Below the pieces are notes generated by a model. The model was not told where the DNA came from, made no database searches, and saw nothing but the letters and a program-made list of their open reading frames with translations. Of a stretch of DNA of 64,000 nucleotides, positions 30,143 through 38,799 are shown piece after piece (the stretch's first letter is position 1; every line of letters starts with the position of its first letter). A program made the translations under genes and the position numbers. The stretch is from Candidatus Flemingiibacterium sp. (GTDB lineage: Bacteria; Bacillota; Clostridia; Oscillospirales; CAG-272): contig JAZNMQ010000070.1 in assembly GCA_045579745.1 (NCBI GenBank), positions 3,383 through 67,382 of the forward strand, read 5' to 3'.

Positions 30143-31006
30143 ATGTGCGAATGTAAGATTGCAGAAAAATTAGTGGAGCTCCGCACTTCAAAGGGAGTAA
30201 CGCAGGAGGATGTGGCTCAAAGTCTATCCGTATCAAATAAAACTATTTCAAAATGGGAGAATGGCGCCTCTACGCCGGATCTTCCTATGGTCGTAGAGCT
30301 TGCAAAATATTATGGCGTCACCACCGATACACTTCTCGGACTTTCCGAGGACAAAAAGCAAAGCACAAAAGAAGAAATTCGCTCTTTGTTTGAAGGACTT
30401 GACCGTCGCGAATCTGTGCTAAAAGCATTTGAAACGGTCAAGGCACTTGTGCCTGCGATGTATGGAACGGTTTCTAAATATGATGATGATGTTTATGACA
30501 AGGAAAACGTCTTTCCGTCCGAGATGTCGCATTTTTACCGTTCCAACATTTCGCTTCACGAATTTTTTGAGTTTGTCGCAAGTTATGAAAATGTGAATGT
30601 AGCCGTAATGATGCTGCGAAACAAGGCTAACTTTGCGTGGATGAACGATAACGATAATCAAAAAAGAATCGTTAAGATGTTCAAATTTCTTTCTAACGAA
30701 GATGCGCTTTCCGTGCTGTACTTTGTTCATTCCACTAACTGCTCCGAGAGCTTTACTGCAGATTATATTTCAAAGAATACGGGGATAACCGAAGAACGCG
30801 TTTCGGAAATCCTTAACGAATTCTGTTCTGTCGGTGCTTGTCATTGGGTAACCGCACACCTTGCTGAAGGTGAAGTCAGAGTTTATGAATGTTACGGTGA
30901 CGGTATAGTCTTGTCCTTGATCTCTCTTGCTTATGAGGTAATGTGCGGCAGAAACTCCTATGAATATAACTTCAACGGCAGATGCAAGATGATCGGAGGT
31001 AAATAA
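30143..31006 (+). CDS. XRE-family HTH regulator with about 200-aa C-terminal domain
   Basis: N-terminal HTH_3 (LRTSKGVTQEDVAQSLSVSNKTISKWENG). The C-terminal part includes a second winged-helix-like segment (FTADYISKNTGITEERVSEILNEF). Confidence 0.75.
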   Translation: MCECKIAEKLVELRTSKGVTQEDVAQSLSVSNKTISKWENGASTPDLPMVVELAKYYGVTTDTLLGLSEDKKQSTKEEIRSLFEGLDRRESVLKAFETVKALVPAMYGTVSKYDDDVYDKENVFPSEMSHFYRSNISLHEFFEFVASYENVNVAVMMLRNKANFAWMNDNDNQKRIVKMFKFLSNEDALSVLYFVHSTNCSESFTADYISKNTGITEERVSEILNEFCSVGACHWVTAHLAEGEVRVYECYGDGIVLSLISLAYEVMCGRNSYEYNFNGRCKMIGGK

Positions 31007-31007
31007 G

Positions 31008-31835
31008 ATGAGTTTATCGGCTAATATCAAAAGATTGCGCCTTGAAAAGAACCTAACACAAGAGCAGCTTGCTACAAAGCTTGGAGTATCCGCTCAAGCG
31101 GTTTCCAAATGGGAAACAAGCGAAACATACCCCGACGGGGCGCTTCTCGTTCCTCTTGCAAATGAGCTTGAGGTTTCTCTCGACGAGCTTTTCGGAAACG
31201 ATTCGGTCACGATGGCAGATATTTCGGGCAGAATTGTGAAATTGATTCATAACACCGAGGCAAATGATCGTTTTAATGTTGCGCGTGATATCGGTTGGCA
31301 GATCGAGCGCGGCTTGTTCAACTGCCGTATGGAGATTGAAAAGAAGTACGATCCTAATGAAATCAAGAATCAGAAAAACGCATCCTATATTCTTGATGAT
31401 AACGGATTTACAATCGTATCGAACGGAAAAGAGCCTTTCTTTTCTGTATTTCCGCAGCCGCCAGAGGGATACGGACATTTTTTGGATGATAAGGATGATC
31501 TGCAAAAAATCTTTGCAGCACTATCGCATACGGACACAATTGATGCTTTATGCTATTTGTACCATAAAAACGAAAACTACGTTTTTGAAAGCTCTGTTCT
31601 TGCGAGGGATTGCGGCATTCCGAGTGATAAAATTGAAGCGGTATTGGATGATTTGTTGCTGTTGAGGGCAATGTGGAAGCAGAATCTTGCCATTAACGGT
31701 GAAGAACGTACGCTCTACTATTCAAGACCGAGTCACAAACTACTCGCGCTGTTTATCATGGCAAGGCAGATTGGTTATAAAGGTGCTTATAGTTTGCAAT
31801 CTCACATTAGATACACACCGTTTTTCAAGAAATAA
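31008..31835 (+). CDS. XRE-family HTH regulator, paralogous architecture to the upstream gene
   Basis: N-terminal HTH_3 (LRLEKNLTQEQLATKLGVSAQAVSKWE). The C-terminal segment (LARDCGIPSDKIEAVLDDL) is analogous to the upstream gene. Start is 1 nt after the preceding stop. Confidence 0.75.
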   Translation: MSLSANIKRLRLEKNLTQEQLATKLGVSAQAVSKWETSETYPDGALLVPLANELEVSLDELFGNDSVTMADISGRIVKLIHNTEANDRFNVARDIGWQIERGLFNCRMEIEKKYDPNEIKNQKNASYILDDNGFTIVSNGKEPFFSVFPQPPEGYGHFLDDKDDLQKIFAALSHTDTIDALCYLYHKNENYVFESSVLARDCGIPSDKIEAVLDDLLLLRAMWKQNLAINGEERTLYYSRPSHKLLALFIMARQIGYKGAYSLQSHIRYTPFFKK

Positions 31836-31841
31836 AGTTGT

Positions 31842-31880
31842 ACCGCCGAGAGTAACCGTTTGGTCGCTCCCGGCGGTTTA
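31842..31880 (+). terminator. candidate terminator hairpin after the XRE pair
   Basis: accgccgagag (31842-31852) pairs with ctcccggcggt (31867-31877), with one mismatch and a short T-tail. Confidence 0.45.
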
Positions 31881-31896
31881 GTTATTCAATTTATTT

Positions 31897-31930
31897 TCTG
31901 CCCTTTAGAGTTCGCCCCATGCGAACCGTC
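31897..31930. repeat. right arm of the 34-bp inverted repeat
   Basis: tctgccctttagagttcgccccatgcgaaccgtc. It is followed by ATTTTTT and lies 12 nt from the hom stop codon (31943-31945, minus strand). Confidence 0.8.
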
Positions 31931-31942
31931 ATTTTTTAAAAT

Positions 31943-33133
31943 TTAGAGCACTCTCATAGCAGTGCACTTTTCGCTCAGGGTTATACCAATCTCAAGCAGA
32001 CTGACCTCGCCGGTAACGACAGCAAAACAGTCCTCGCTGTCTTCAAGCACCTCAGCGTCGAGCATGCAGAGGCAATGATTTGGCTTTTTGTCGAATCTTA
32101 AATACCAACGCGATTTAAGTCTGTCTGCAGGGAGAATATCTGCTTCCGAAAGGCGATCCCATGCGTGGATAGCATGTGGATGCTCAAGATTCGTTGCAAT
32201 TTCAATGATGTCAGATACAACAGCACTTGCTGTCGGGAGCTTGCCTGCACCCTTTCCGTAGAACATTACATCGCCGATTGCATTGCCGTTGACAAGTATG
32301 CCGTTGTAAACATCGCTTATGTTTGAAAGCGGATTCGTGTAGCGAACGAGTGTCGGTGAAACACACGCGCTTATCTTGTCATCAACACGGATAGCCTTTC
32401 CGATGAGCTTTATCGATGCGCCGATTTTTGCCGCATTGGCAACATCGCGCAAAGTGACATTTCTAATGCCCTCGGTCTGAACCATTTCAGGCGGAATGAG
32501 CTTTCCAAAAGCAATCGCGCTAAGAATTGAAATCTTTCGGCATGTATCGATGCCGTCGATATCTGCCGAGGGGTCGCGCTCTGCATAGCCCTTTTCCTGA
32601 GCTTCGGCAAGCGCTGTATCAAAATCCTTATTCTCATTTATCATCTGAGTGAGAATGTAGTTTGTCGTTCCGTTCAGGATTCCGTTAACCTCGGTTATAT
32701 CGTTTGCTGTCAAGCAGTTTCCTATCGGATGGATAACGGGAATACCGCCTCCGACGCTCGCTTCAAAGAGGTAGCTGACACCGTTTTCCTCAGCGATTTT
32801 CAAAAGCTCGGGGCCGAAAGTTGCGACGACCTCTTTGTTTGAGGTAACAACGCTTTTTCCTGCCTTCATAGCTGCCGAAGAAAACTCAAACGCCGGATGT
32901 GATCCGCCCATCAGCTCGGCGCAAATTTTAACCTCAGGATCGTTAAGAATTACATCTATATCGTGAACTATCTTGTCAGCGAACGGGCTGTCGGGAAAAT
33001 CGCGTAAATCGAGAATATATTTTATATTGATTTCATCGCCCACGCGCTCAGAGATCAATGAGGCGTTTTGCGTCAAAACCTCAGCCGTTCCGCTGCCGAC
33101 AACTCCAAAGCCGAATATTGCTATATTTATCAT
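31943..33133 (-). CDS. hom: homoserine dehydrogenase
   Basis: N-terminal Rossmann IAIFGFGVVGSG, a central catalytic block (NGILNGTTNYIL), and an ACT-like C-terminal domain. Confidence 0.9.
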   Translation of the reverse strand: MINIAIFGFGVVGSGTAEVLTQNASLISERVGDEINIKYILDLRDFPDSPFADKIVHDIDVILNDPEVKICAELMGGSHPAFEFSSAAMKAGKSVVTSNKEVVATFGPELLKIAEENGVSYLFEASVGGGIPVIHPIGNCLTANDITEVNGILNGTTNYILTQMINENKDFDTALAEAQEKGYAERDPSADIDGIDTCRKISILSAIAFGKLIPPEMVQTEGIRNVTLRDVANAAKIGASIKLIGKAIRVDDKISACVSPTLVRYTNPLSNISDVYNGILVNGNAIGDVMFYGKGAGKLPTASAVVSDIIEIATNLEHPHAIHAWDRLSEADILPADRLKSRWYLRFDKKPNHCLCMLDAEVLEDSEDCFAVVTGEVSLLEIGITLSEKCTAMRVL

Positions 33134-33220
33134 AATAATGTTCCTTTTTGTATTAAAATATACTTTATTATAACACAGTATAAATAAGAATGCAAGAGCT
33201 TTTCGGTATTTTTACACTGC

Positions 33221-34633
33221 TCAGGTAAAATAGCGAAGCAACAGCTTTTGTATGAGATAAAAGTCATCGAATGGCGGATAGCGGAATGGATTCAGCTCCA
33301 AGCGTGACGAGAATAAAACAGAGGATTCGTCGCTGAAGGTGTCAAAGCCTGCTTTGCCGTGATATTTACCGAAACCGCTTTCACCAACTCCGCCGAACGG
33401 GAGATGAGGATTTGATAGCTGAATAACGGTATCATTAATACAGCCGCATCCGAAATCGAGGTTGTCAAGCACGGCTTTGCGCGTTTCCTTGTTCTTGGTG
33501 AAAAGGTAGAGCGCAAGAGGCTTAGGACGCTTTCGAAGTGTATTTAATACGATATTAATATCGTTGAATTCGAACACCGGGAGTATAGGACCGAAAATTT
33601 CCTCGCTCATCAGCTTGCTGTCTTTTTTTATCTTTTCCATGAGTGTGAGTGAGATCTGTCCGGATTTCTCGTTGAAATCGCCGCCCATCAGGATCGTTCC
33701 GTCGCTCAGATAGTTTTTGAGGCGGTTGAAGTGCATCTTATTGATTATCTTGGGATAAAATTTGTTTTCACACGGCGTGAGCGAATAGAAGCGGTCGTGA
33801 TATTCCTTAATATAGCCGAGAAGGTCCTCCTTAACGCTGCTGTCAACAAATAGATAGTCGGGAGCAACGCAGGTCTGCCCTGAGTTTATGAGCTTTCCGC
33901 ATACTATGCGTCTTGCGGCAAGGCGCAGATTTGCTGTTTTATCGACAATACAGGGTGATTTTCCACCGAGCTCCAAAACTACGGGAGTGAGCTGAGTAGC
34001 AGCCGCCTTGCTGATAATTCTCGCAACGGTTAAACCACCGGTATAAAATATCAGTCCAAACTTTTCGTGGCGTATAGCCTTTACAGCCTCGAAGCTGTCC
34101 ATATATGCCGCGATGTATTCTCTATCAAAGTATTTGTCAATCAATTCGCAAAGCAGGCGGCTTGTGTTAACCGAATGCTCCGATAGCTTTAATATTGTGC
34201 AGTTGCCTGCCGAGATGGATGATATGAGCGGCATTATAGTCAGCTGAAACGGGTAATTCCACGGTGAAAAAACCATTGTAAGACCGCGTGGATGGCGGAT
34301 TTTTTTGCTTGATGAGGGAAACAGGTAGTATGGTGTTGGAACGGATTTTGGGGCGTTCCACATTTTTAAATGACGCAAAGCGTGATTGATTTCTTGGTCA
34401 ACCATTCCGATTTCGGTCATATAGCCCTCGCTTTGCGATTTGCCGAGGTCGGCGCGCAGAGCCTCAAGAATGAGCCCCTCATTGTCGCGAACCATTCTTT
34501 TCAGGTTTAACAGCAGTTGTCTGCGAAACGAAATATCGCGAGTTTTGCCGGTAGCAAAGAATTCGCGCTGAGCGGAAATGATCTCCGCGAGTTCAGGGTC
34601 GTATTGGGGCTTCATACTCTGATTTGTATTCAT
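33221..34633 (-). CDS. aldehyde dehydrogenase (ALDH3-like, non-acylating)
   Basis: VVLELGGKSP glutamate motif and catalytic Cys in NSGQTCVAPDY. 470 aa. GGAGGG RBS. Confidence 0.85.
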   Translation of the reverse strand: MNTNQSMKPQYDPELAEIISAQREFFATGKTRDISFRRQLLLNLKRMVRDNEGLILEALRADLGKSQSEGYMTEIGMVDQEINHALRHLKMWNAPKSVPTPYYLFPSSSKKIRHPRGLTMVFSPWNYPFQLTIMPLISSISAGNCTILKLSEHSVNTSRLLCELIDKYFDREYIAAYMDSFEAVKAIRHEKFGLIFYTGGLTVARIISKAAATQLTPVVLELGGKSPCIVDKTANLRLAARRIVCGKLINSGQTCVAPDYLFVDSSVKEDLLGYIKEYHDRFYSLTPCENKFYPKIINKMHFNRLKNYLSDGTILMGGDFNEKSGQISLTLMEKIKKDSKLMSEEIFGPILPVFEFNDINIVLNTLRKRPKPLALYLFTKNKETRKAVLDNLDFGCGCINDTVIQLSNPHLPFGGVGESGFGKYHGKAGFDTFSDESSVLFSSRLELNPFRYPPFDDFYLIQKLLLRYFT

Positions 34634-34809
34634 GTTTTCCCTCCAGATGGTTTTTGCGTATAGTATTATTATATACCAACAATTGTTAATAAAGCAAGTG
34701 ATTCGCCGAAAAAACTTGTATTTGGCACCTAAAAAAGACGCTCAAGGTCCATTTTGCCACGCAAAACGATAAATGCTAATATTACAACTATAAATCACAA
34801 ACTATTCTC

Positions 34810-34838
34810 TTGACAATTGTATAATAAAAGTGTATATT
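34810..34838 (+). promoter_or_regulatory. sigma-A type promoter for the activase/GRE operon
   Basis: TTGACA (34810-34815), 17-nt spacer, TATATT (34833-34838). Confidence 0.55.
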
Positions 34839-34868
34839 ATAATTGAAGTAATAAAGGAATCGGTGAAG

Positions 34869-35774
34869 ATGAAAAATACCGGAATCGTTTTTGATATACA
34901 GAGGTTTTCCATCCATGACGGGCCGGGCATTCGTACAACCGTCTTTTTGAAAGGATGTCCACTCAGTTGTGCATGGTGTCATAATCCCGAATCGTGGGAT
35001 GTTAAGCCTCAGCTTATGTTTAACGGAGAAAAATGCGTCGGCTGTATGGCATGCGTTGAGGCTTGCCCGAATAATGCGCATAAACTTGAGGACGGGAAGC
35101 ATGTTGTAGATTACTCAATTTGCAGCGGATGCGGCGCTTGCGTATCAAGATGCGTTTACAGTGCGCTCAAATTGTCAGGCAGGGAACAGAGCGTCGAGGA
35201 AGTTTTAGCAGAGGTTTGCGCTGACAGAAAGTTCTATGAAAATTCGGGCGGCGGAATGACTGTGTCGGGCGGAGAACCAATGCTGCAATTTGAATTTTTG
35301 CAGACACTCCTCTCAGAAGCTAAGCGTCAGGGAATAAGCACATGTGTTGAAACGAGCGGCTTTGCTCCGCGCGAAAAGTATGAAGCAATACTTAGCGATG
35401 TTGATTTATTTTTAATCGACATAAAGCATATAAACAGAGATGAGCACAAAAAATACACGGGCGTTTACAATGATCTGATACTTAAAAATATTGAATTTTT
35501 ACACGACAACGGTGCAAAAATTTTAATCAGATTGCCGCTTATACCCGGTATAAACGATACAGATGAGCACATAAACGGAGTTTCGGCTCTGCTTAATAGA
35601 CTTCCGGGTCTTCTTGGCGCGGAAATATTGCCGTACCATGATATGGGCAAGGGCAAATGGAATCAGCTCGGCAAGCAGTATGAGCTTATGGAGCTCAAAA
35701 ATTCTGACAAAGAGCAAAAGGCGAAGCTTTTACAGCGGTTTATTGACGCCGGATGCAGAAACGTTAAAATATAA
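34869..35774 (+). CDS. glycyl-radical enzyme activating enzyme (radical SAM)
   Basis: IQRFSIHDGPGIRT followed by CX3CX2C (GCPLSCAWCHN). Two ferredoxin-type clusters (CVGCMACVEACP, CSGCGACVSRC). Start taken at ATG 34869. Confidence 0.9.
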   Translation: MKNTGIVFDIQRFSIHDGPGIRTTVFLKGCPLSCAWCHNPESWDVKPQLMFNGEKCVGCMACVEACPNNAHKLEDGKHVVDYSICSGCGACVSRCVYSALKLSGREQSVEEVLAEVCADRKFYENSGGGMTVSGGEPMLQFEFLQTLLSEAKRQGISTCVETSGFAPREKYEAILSDVDLFLIDIKHINRDEHKKYTGVYNDLILKNIEFLHDNGAKILIRLPLIPGINDTDEHINGVSALLNRLPGLLGAEILPYHDMGKGKWNQLGKQYELMELKNSDKEQKAKLLQRFIDAGCRNVKI

Positions 35775-35788
35775 TAACAGGAGGAACG

Positions 35789-38023
35789 ATGATGAAAAAA
35801 CTCAACGATTTTTCGGTTGAAAGAAGATTCACCGAAGTGTACAGAGAAAATCAGAACGCACATATTGCCATCAGAGAGGCAAAATGTATTGATACCATGT
35901 ACCCCGATATCTTCGGTGAGATCAAACCGGGAGATAAATTTGCAGGTCGCATTCAGATGAGCATTCTCGGCTTTAGTCCGGAACCGGGTGGACTCGGATA
36001 CTACTGCAACTCTGCAGCTATCAGAAATATCGTAAAAAATGGCGATTATTCCGATGAGTTCAGGGCAGAAATGAACGAGATCGCCGATTTCTGGGAAAAG
36101 GAAAATACACAGTATAAAACAAGAGCCGCATACACGAATGATATCAGCGAAGCGCTTCCGTCTGATAACTGGGGTGGCGAACCGCTTCCTGCGGCACCGC
36201 TTTACCGCATGGCAGGTATTTACATTGATTACGAGAAGCTTTTAGCTAACGGTATTCCCGGACTCAAGGCGCTTGTAGCTGAAAAGAAAAAATTCGCTGA
36301 GGAAAATGGCGGCGATGTTGAGCTGTTTGTCGGAATGGACATGGCTCTCGATGTTTTGGTAAAATCTTGTCTTGCTTACAGCAAGGAAGCCCTCGAGCTC
36401 TCTAAAACCGTTGAGGATGAGGCTGAGGTTAAGAACCTCGAGATCGTTGCTAAAACGCTTGAAACCATCGCGTACAACAAGCCGGAAACTACTCGTGAGG
36501 CGATTCAGCTTTATTGGCTGTATACCTTGATTTGCAATACCATCAACTACGGACGCTTTGATATTGCGATCGGTGATTTCCTCGCAAAGGATCTTGAAAC
36601 CGGTGTTCTCACAATGGATGAGGCGCAGGAGCTCATTACGGGTCTTTGGCGACTTATTATCGATCGTCACACAACGTGGAACGGTCGCGTAGTTATTGGC
36701 GGAAAGGGCAGAAGAAACGAAAAGAATGCTGATGTTGTAGCTATGCTTGCTATGGAAGCATCAAGAATTTGCCACGACATCGAGCCTCAGCTCACCCTTC
36801 GTTTCTACGAGGGCATGAATCCGATGCTCATGGAAAAGGCTATTCAGGTTATCGGCGAGGGCTGCACCTATCCGATGCTTTACAACGATGATGTCAATAT
36901 TCCGGCAGTCAGCAACGCTTTCAGAATCAGCATGGAAGAGGCTGAGGATTATGTTCCGTTTGGCTGCGGCGAGTATGTTATCAACCACAAGAGCTTCGGT
37001 ACACCTAACGGAATTATCAACCTTTTGAAATGCCTGGAGCTCACGCTTCACAACGGCTACAACATGATGAGCGGTGAAAAATCCGGAATCGATGTAGGAA
37101 ACGTTGAGGACTTCAAGACATTTGACGAGCTCTTTAACGCATATAAGAAACAGGTTGAGTACTTTGTAGACGCTCTTGCTAAGCAGGAGGCTCTCACATA
37201 CAAAATTACGGGTGAGGCAGCTCCATTCCTCTTTATCAGCATGCTGTACGATGACTGCATGGAGAGAGGAAAAGGCATGTTCTCCGGCGGTATTAAGTAT
37301 CTTGGCGGTACTATTGAAACCTACGGCAACATCAATACCTCTGACAGCTTGACCGCAATTAAGGAAGTCGTTTATGATAAGAAGCTCCTCACACTCAAGC
37401 AACTCGTAACAATCCTCGATGCAAACTTTGAGGGCTACGAGCAGGAGCATCAATGGCTTGTTAACGCGCCGAAATACGGTAACGATAATGCGGTAGCTGA
37501 TGAAATTGCAGAGGCTGTTCACGAGCACGTTTGCAACTTCGTAAGAGATGAGATCGAAAAGGTTGATTTGCACTCCTATTTGGTAGTTATCATTAACAAC
37601 AGCACGAACACCTCAATGGGTATCCAGACTGCGGCTTCCGCGGATGGACGCAAAAAGGGCGTTTACATGGCGAATGCAAACAATCCTTGGGGCGGAAATG
37701 ATAAGACGGGTCTTACCGCGATGCTCAACTCTCTCGTAAAGCTTCGTCCTGATATTCACGCAGGAGCGGTACAGAATATGAAATTCTCGCCCGAGATCTT
37801 CGCAAACGACGGAGCTATTATCAAGAGCGTTTTGAAGACCTATTTCGATAACGGCGGAACACAGGCTATGATTTCCGTCGTGAATAAGGACGACCTTGAG
37901 CAGGCTATGATTCATCCTGAAAAATATGGCAATCTCTATGTGCGTGTAGGTGGCTTCAGCGCACGCTTCATTGAGCTTGGTAAGGAAATTCAAAAGGAAA
38001 TTCTCAGCCGTACGCTTTATTAA
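35789..38023 (+). CDS. glycyl-radical enzyme, PFL-like fold, Cys-x-Glu type, substrate unknown
   Basis: 744-aa ORF. C-terminal glycyl-radical fingerprint YVRVGGFSARF (Gly722 = nt 37952-37954). Thiyl loop FGCGEYV (Cys393/Glu395 = nt 36965-36973). AGGAGG RBS. Confidence 0.9.
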   Translation: MMKKLNDFSVERRFTEVYRENQNAHIAIREAKCIDTMYPDIFGEIKPGDKFAGRIQMSILGFSPEPGGLGYYCNSAAIRNIVKNGDYSDEFRAEMNEIADFWEKENTQYKTRAAYTNDISEALPSDNWGGEPLPAAPLYRMAGIYIDYEKLLANGIPGLKALVAEKKKFAEENGGDVELFVGMDMALDVLVKSCLAYSKEALELSKTVEDEAEVKNLEIVAKTLETIAYNKPETTREAIQLYWLYTLICNTINYGRFDIAIGDFLAKDLETGVLTMDEAQELITGLWRLIIDRHTTWNGRVVIGGKGRRNEKNADVVAMLAMEASRICHDIEPQLTLRFYEGMNPMLMEKAIQVIGEGCTYPMLYNDDVNIPAVSNAFRISMEEAEDYVPFGCGEYVINHKSFGTPNGIINLLKCLELTLHNGYNMMSGEKSGIDVGNVEDFKTFDELFNAYKKQVEYFVDALAKQEALTYKITGEAAPFLFISMLYDDCMERGKGMFSGGIKYLGGTIETYGNINTSDSLTAIKEVVYDKKLLTLKQLVTILDANFEGYEQEHQWLVNAPKYGNDNAVADEIAEAVHEHVCNFVRDEIEKVDLHSYLVVIINNSTNTSMGIQTAASADGRKKGVYMANANNPWGGNDKTGLTAMLNSLVKLRPDIHAGAVQNMKFSPEIFANDGAIIKSVLKTYFDNGGTQAMISVVNKDDLEQAMIHPEKYGNLYVRVGGFSARFIELGKEIQKEILSRTLY

Positions 38024-38030
38024 TTAAAAA

Positions 38031-38065
38031 AATGGTGTAACCTATATGGGTTACACCATTTTTTT
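38031..38065. terminator. strong rho-independent terminator after the GRE
   Basis: aatggtgtaacc (38031-38042) pairs with ggttacaccatt (38049-38060), with an A-run upstream and ttttt downstream. Confidence 0.8.
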
Positions 38066-38141
38066 GAAAAGTATTGAATTTTGTAGGTTATTGAGGTATA
38101 ATGTTTTTGCTGACATAATTTTATGAAGGTAGACTGTCTTT

Positions 38142-38711
38142 GTGGATGGTAGTTGCATGGATGACTTGAAAATTATTGAGCTTTTTTTGAACCGCGACGA
38201 AAGCGCGATAACCGAAACAGCTAACAAATACGGGAAGCTATGCTTCAGCGTGGCATTCGCAATACTCGAAAATGATGAAGACTGCGAAGAATGCGTTAAC
38301 GATATGTATTTGACCTTGTGGAAAATGATTCCCCAAACAATCCCCGATAATTTCTCGGCGTTTATTTGCAGGGTGACACGAAATTTAGCGTATAAACGCC
38401 TCGAATTCAATCTTGCATTAAAGAGAAACCCGTGCTCGGAGGTTTCGCTTTCGGAGCTTGAGGAATATCTGATTGACGACAGCTTTAACCCCAATATTTT
38501 GGATGAAAAACTCGACGAGCTGATACATAATTTTCTGAGCGGCGAGAAGGCGGATGTTAAAAACGTTTTCGTTCGTAAATATTGGTATCTCGAATCGGTA
38601 GGCGATATTGCTGCGAGATATTCCTTCAGCGAGAGCAAGGTCAAATCAATGCTGTACCACACGCGCTGCAAGCTCAGAGAATATTTAAAGCAAGAGGGCA
38701 TGCACTTTTAA
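38142..38711 (+). CDS. sigma-70 family (ECF-like) RNA polymerase sigma factor
   Basis: Region-2-like block (DCEECVNDMYLTLWKMIPQ...FICRVTRNLAYKR) and a region-4 HTH (DIAARYSFSESKVKSMLYHTRCKLREYL). Start is ambiguous between GTG 38142 and ATG 38157. Confidence 0.75.
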   Translation: MDGSCMDDLKIIELFLNRDESAITETANKYGKLCFSVAFAILENDEDCEECVNDMYLTLWKMIPQTIPDNFSAFICRVTRNLAYKRLEFNLALKRNPCSEVSLSELEEYLIDDSFNPNILDEKLDELIHNFLSGEKADVKNVFVRKYWYLESVGDIAARYSFSESKVKSMLYHTRCKLREYLKQEGMHF

Positions 38712-38764
38712 GCTGTAATATAGGAAGCTTCATTAAAATATATACGCAGATTTCCCGATTTTTC

Positions 38765-38793
38765 TTGACAAATTTATTTGCGTGATATATAAT
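38765..38793 (+). promoter_or_regulatory. consensus sigma-A promoter for the thrS leader
   Basis: TTGACA (38765-38770), 17-nt spacer, TATAAT (38788-38793). Confidence 0.7.
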
Positions 38794-38799
38794 ATAGTA

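Noticed and set aside
29745-31930. An autonomous insertion sequence or transposon
   Set aside because: No transposase, recombinase or integrase ORF lies between or near the inverted repeats, and I could not identify direct target duplications by eye. It is therefore reported only as a repeat-bounded cassette of uncertain origin.
36761-37573. 270-aa ORF antisense to the glycyl-radical enzyme (with similar shadow ORFs at 24583-25242, 27476-28129, 40185-40781, 38051-38701 and 63434-63889)
   Set aside because: All of these lie inside well-supported genes on the opposite strand. They lack start-site signals and have low-complexity or motif-free translations.
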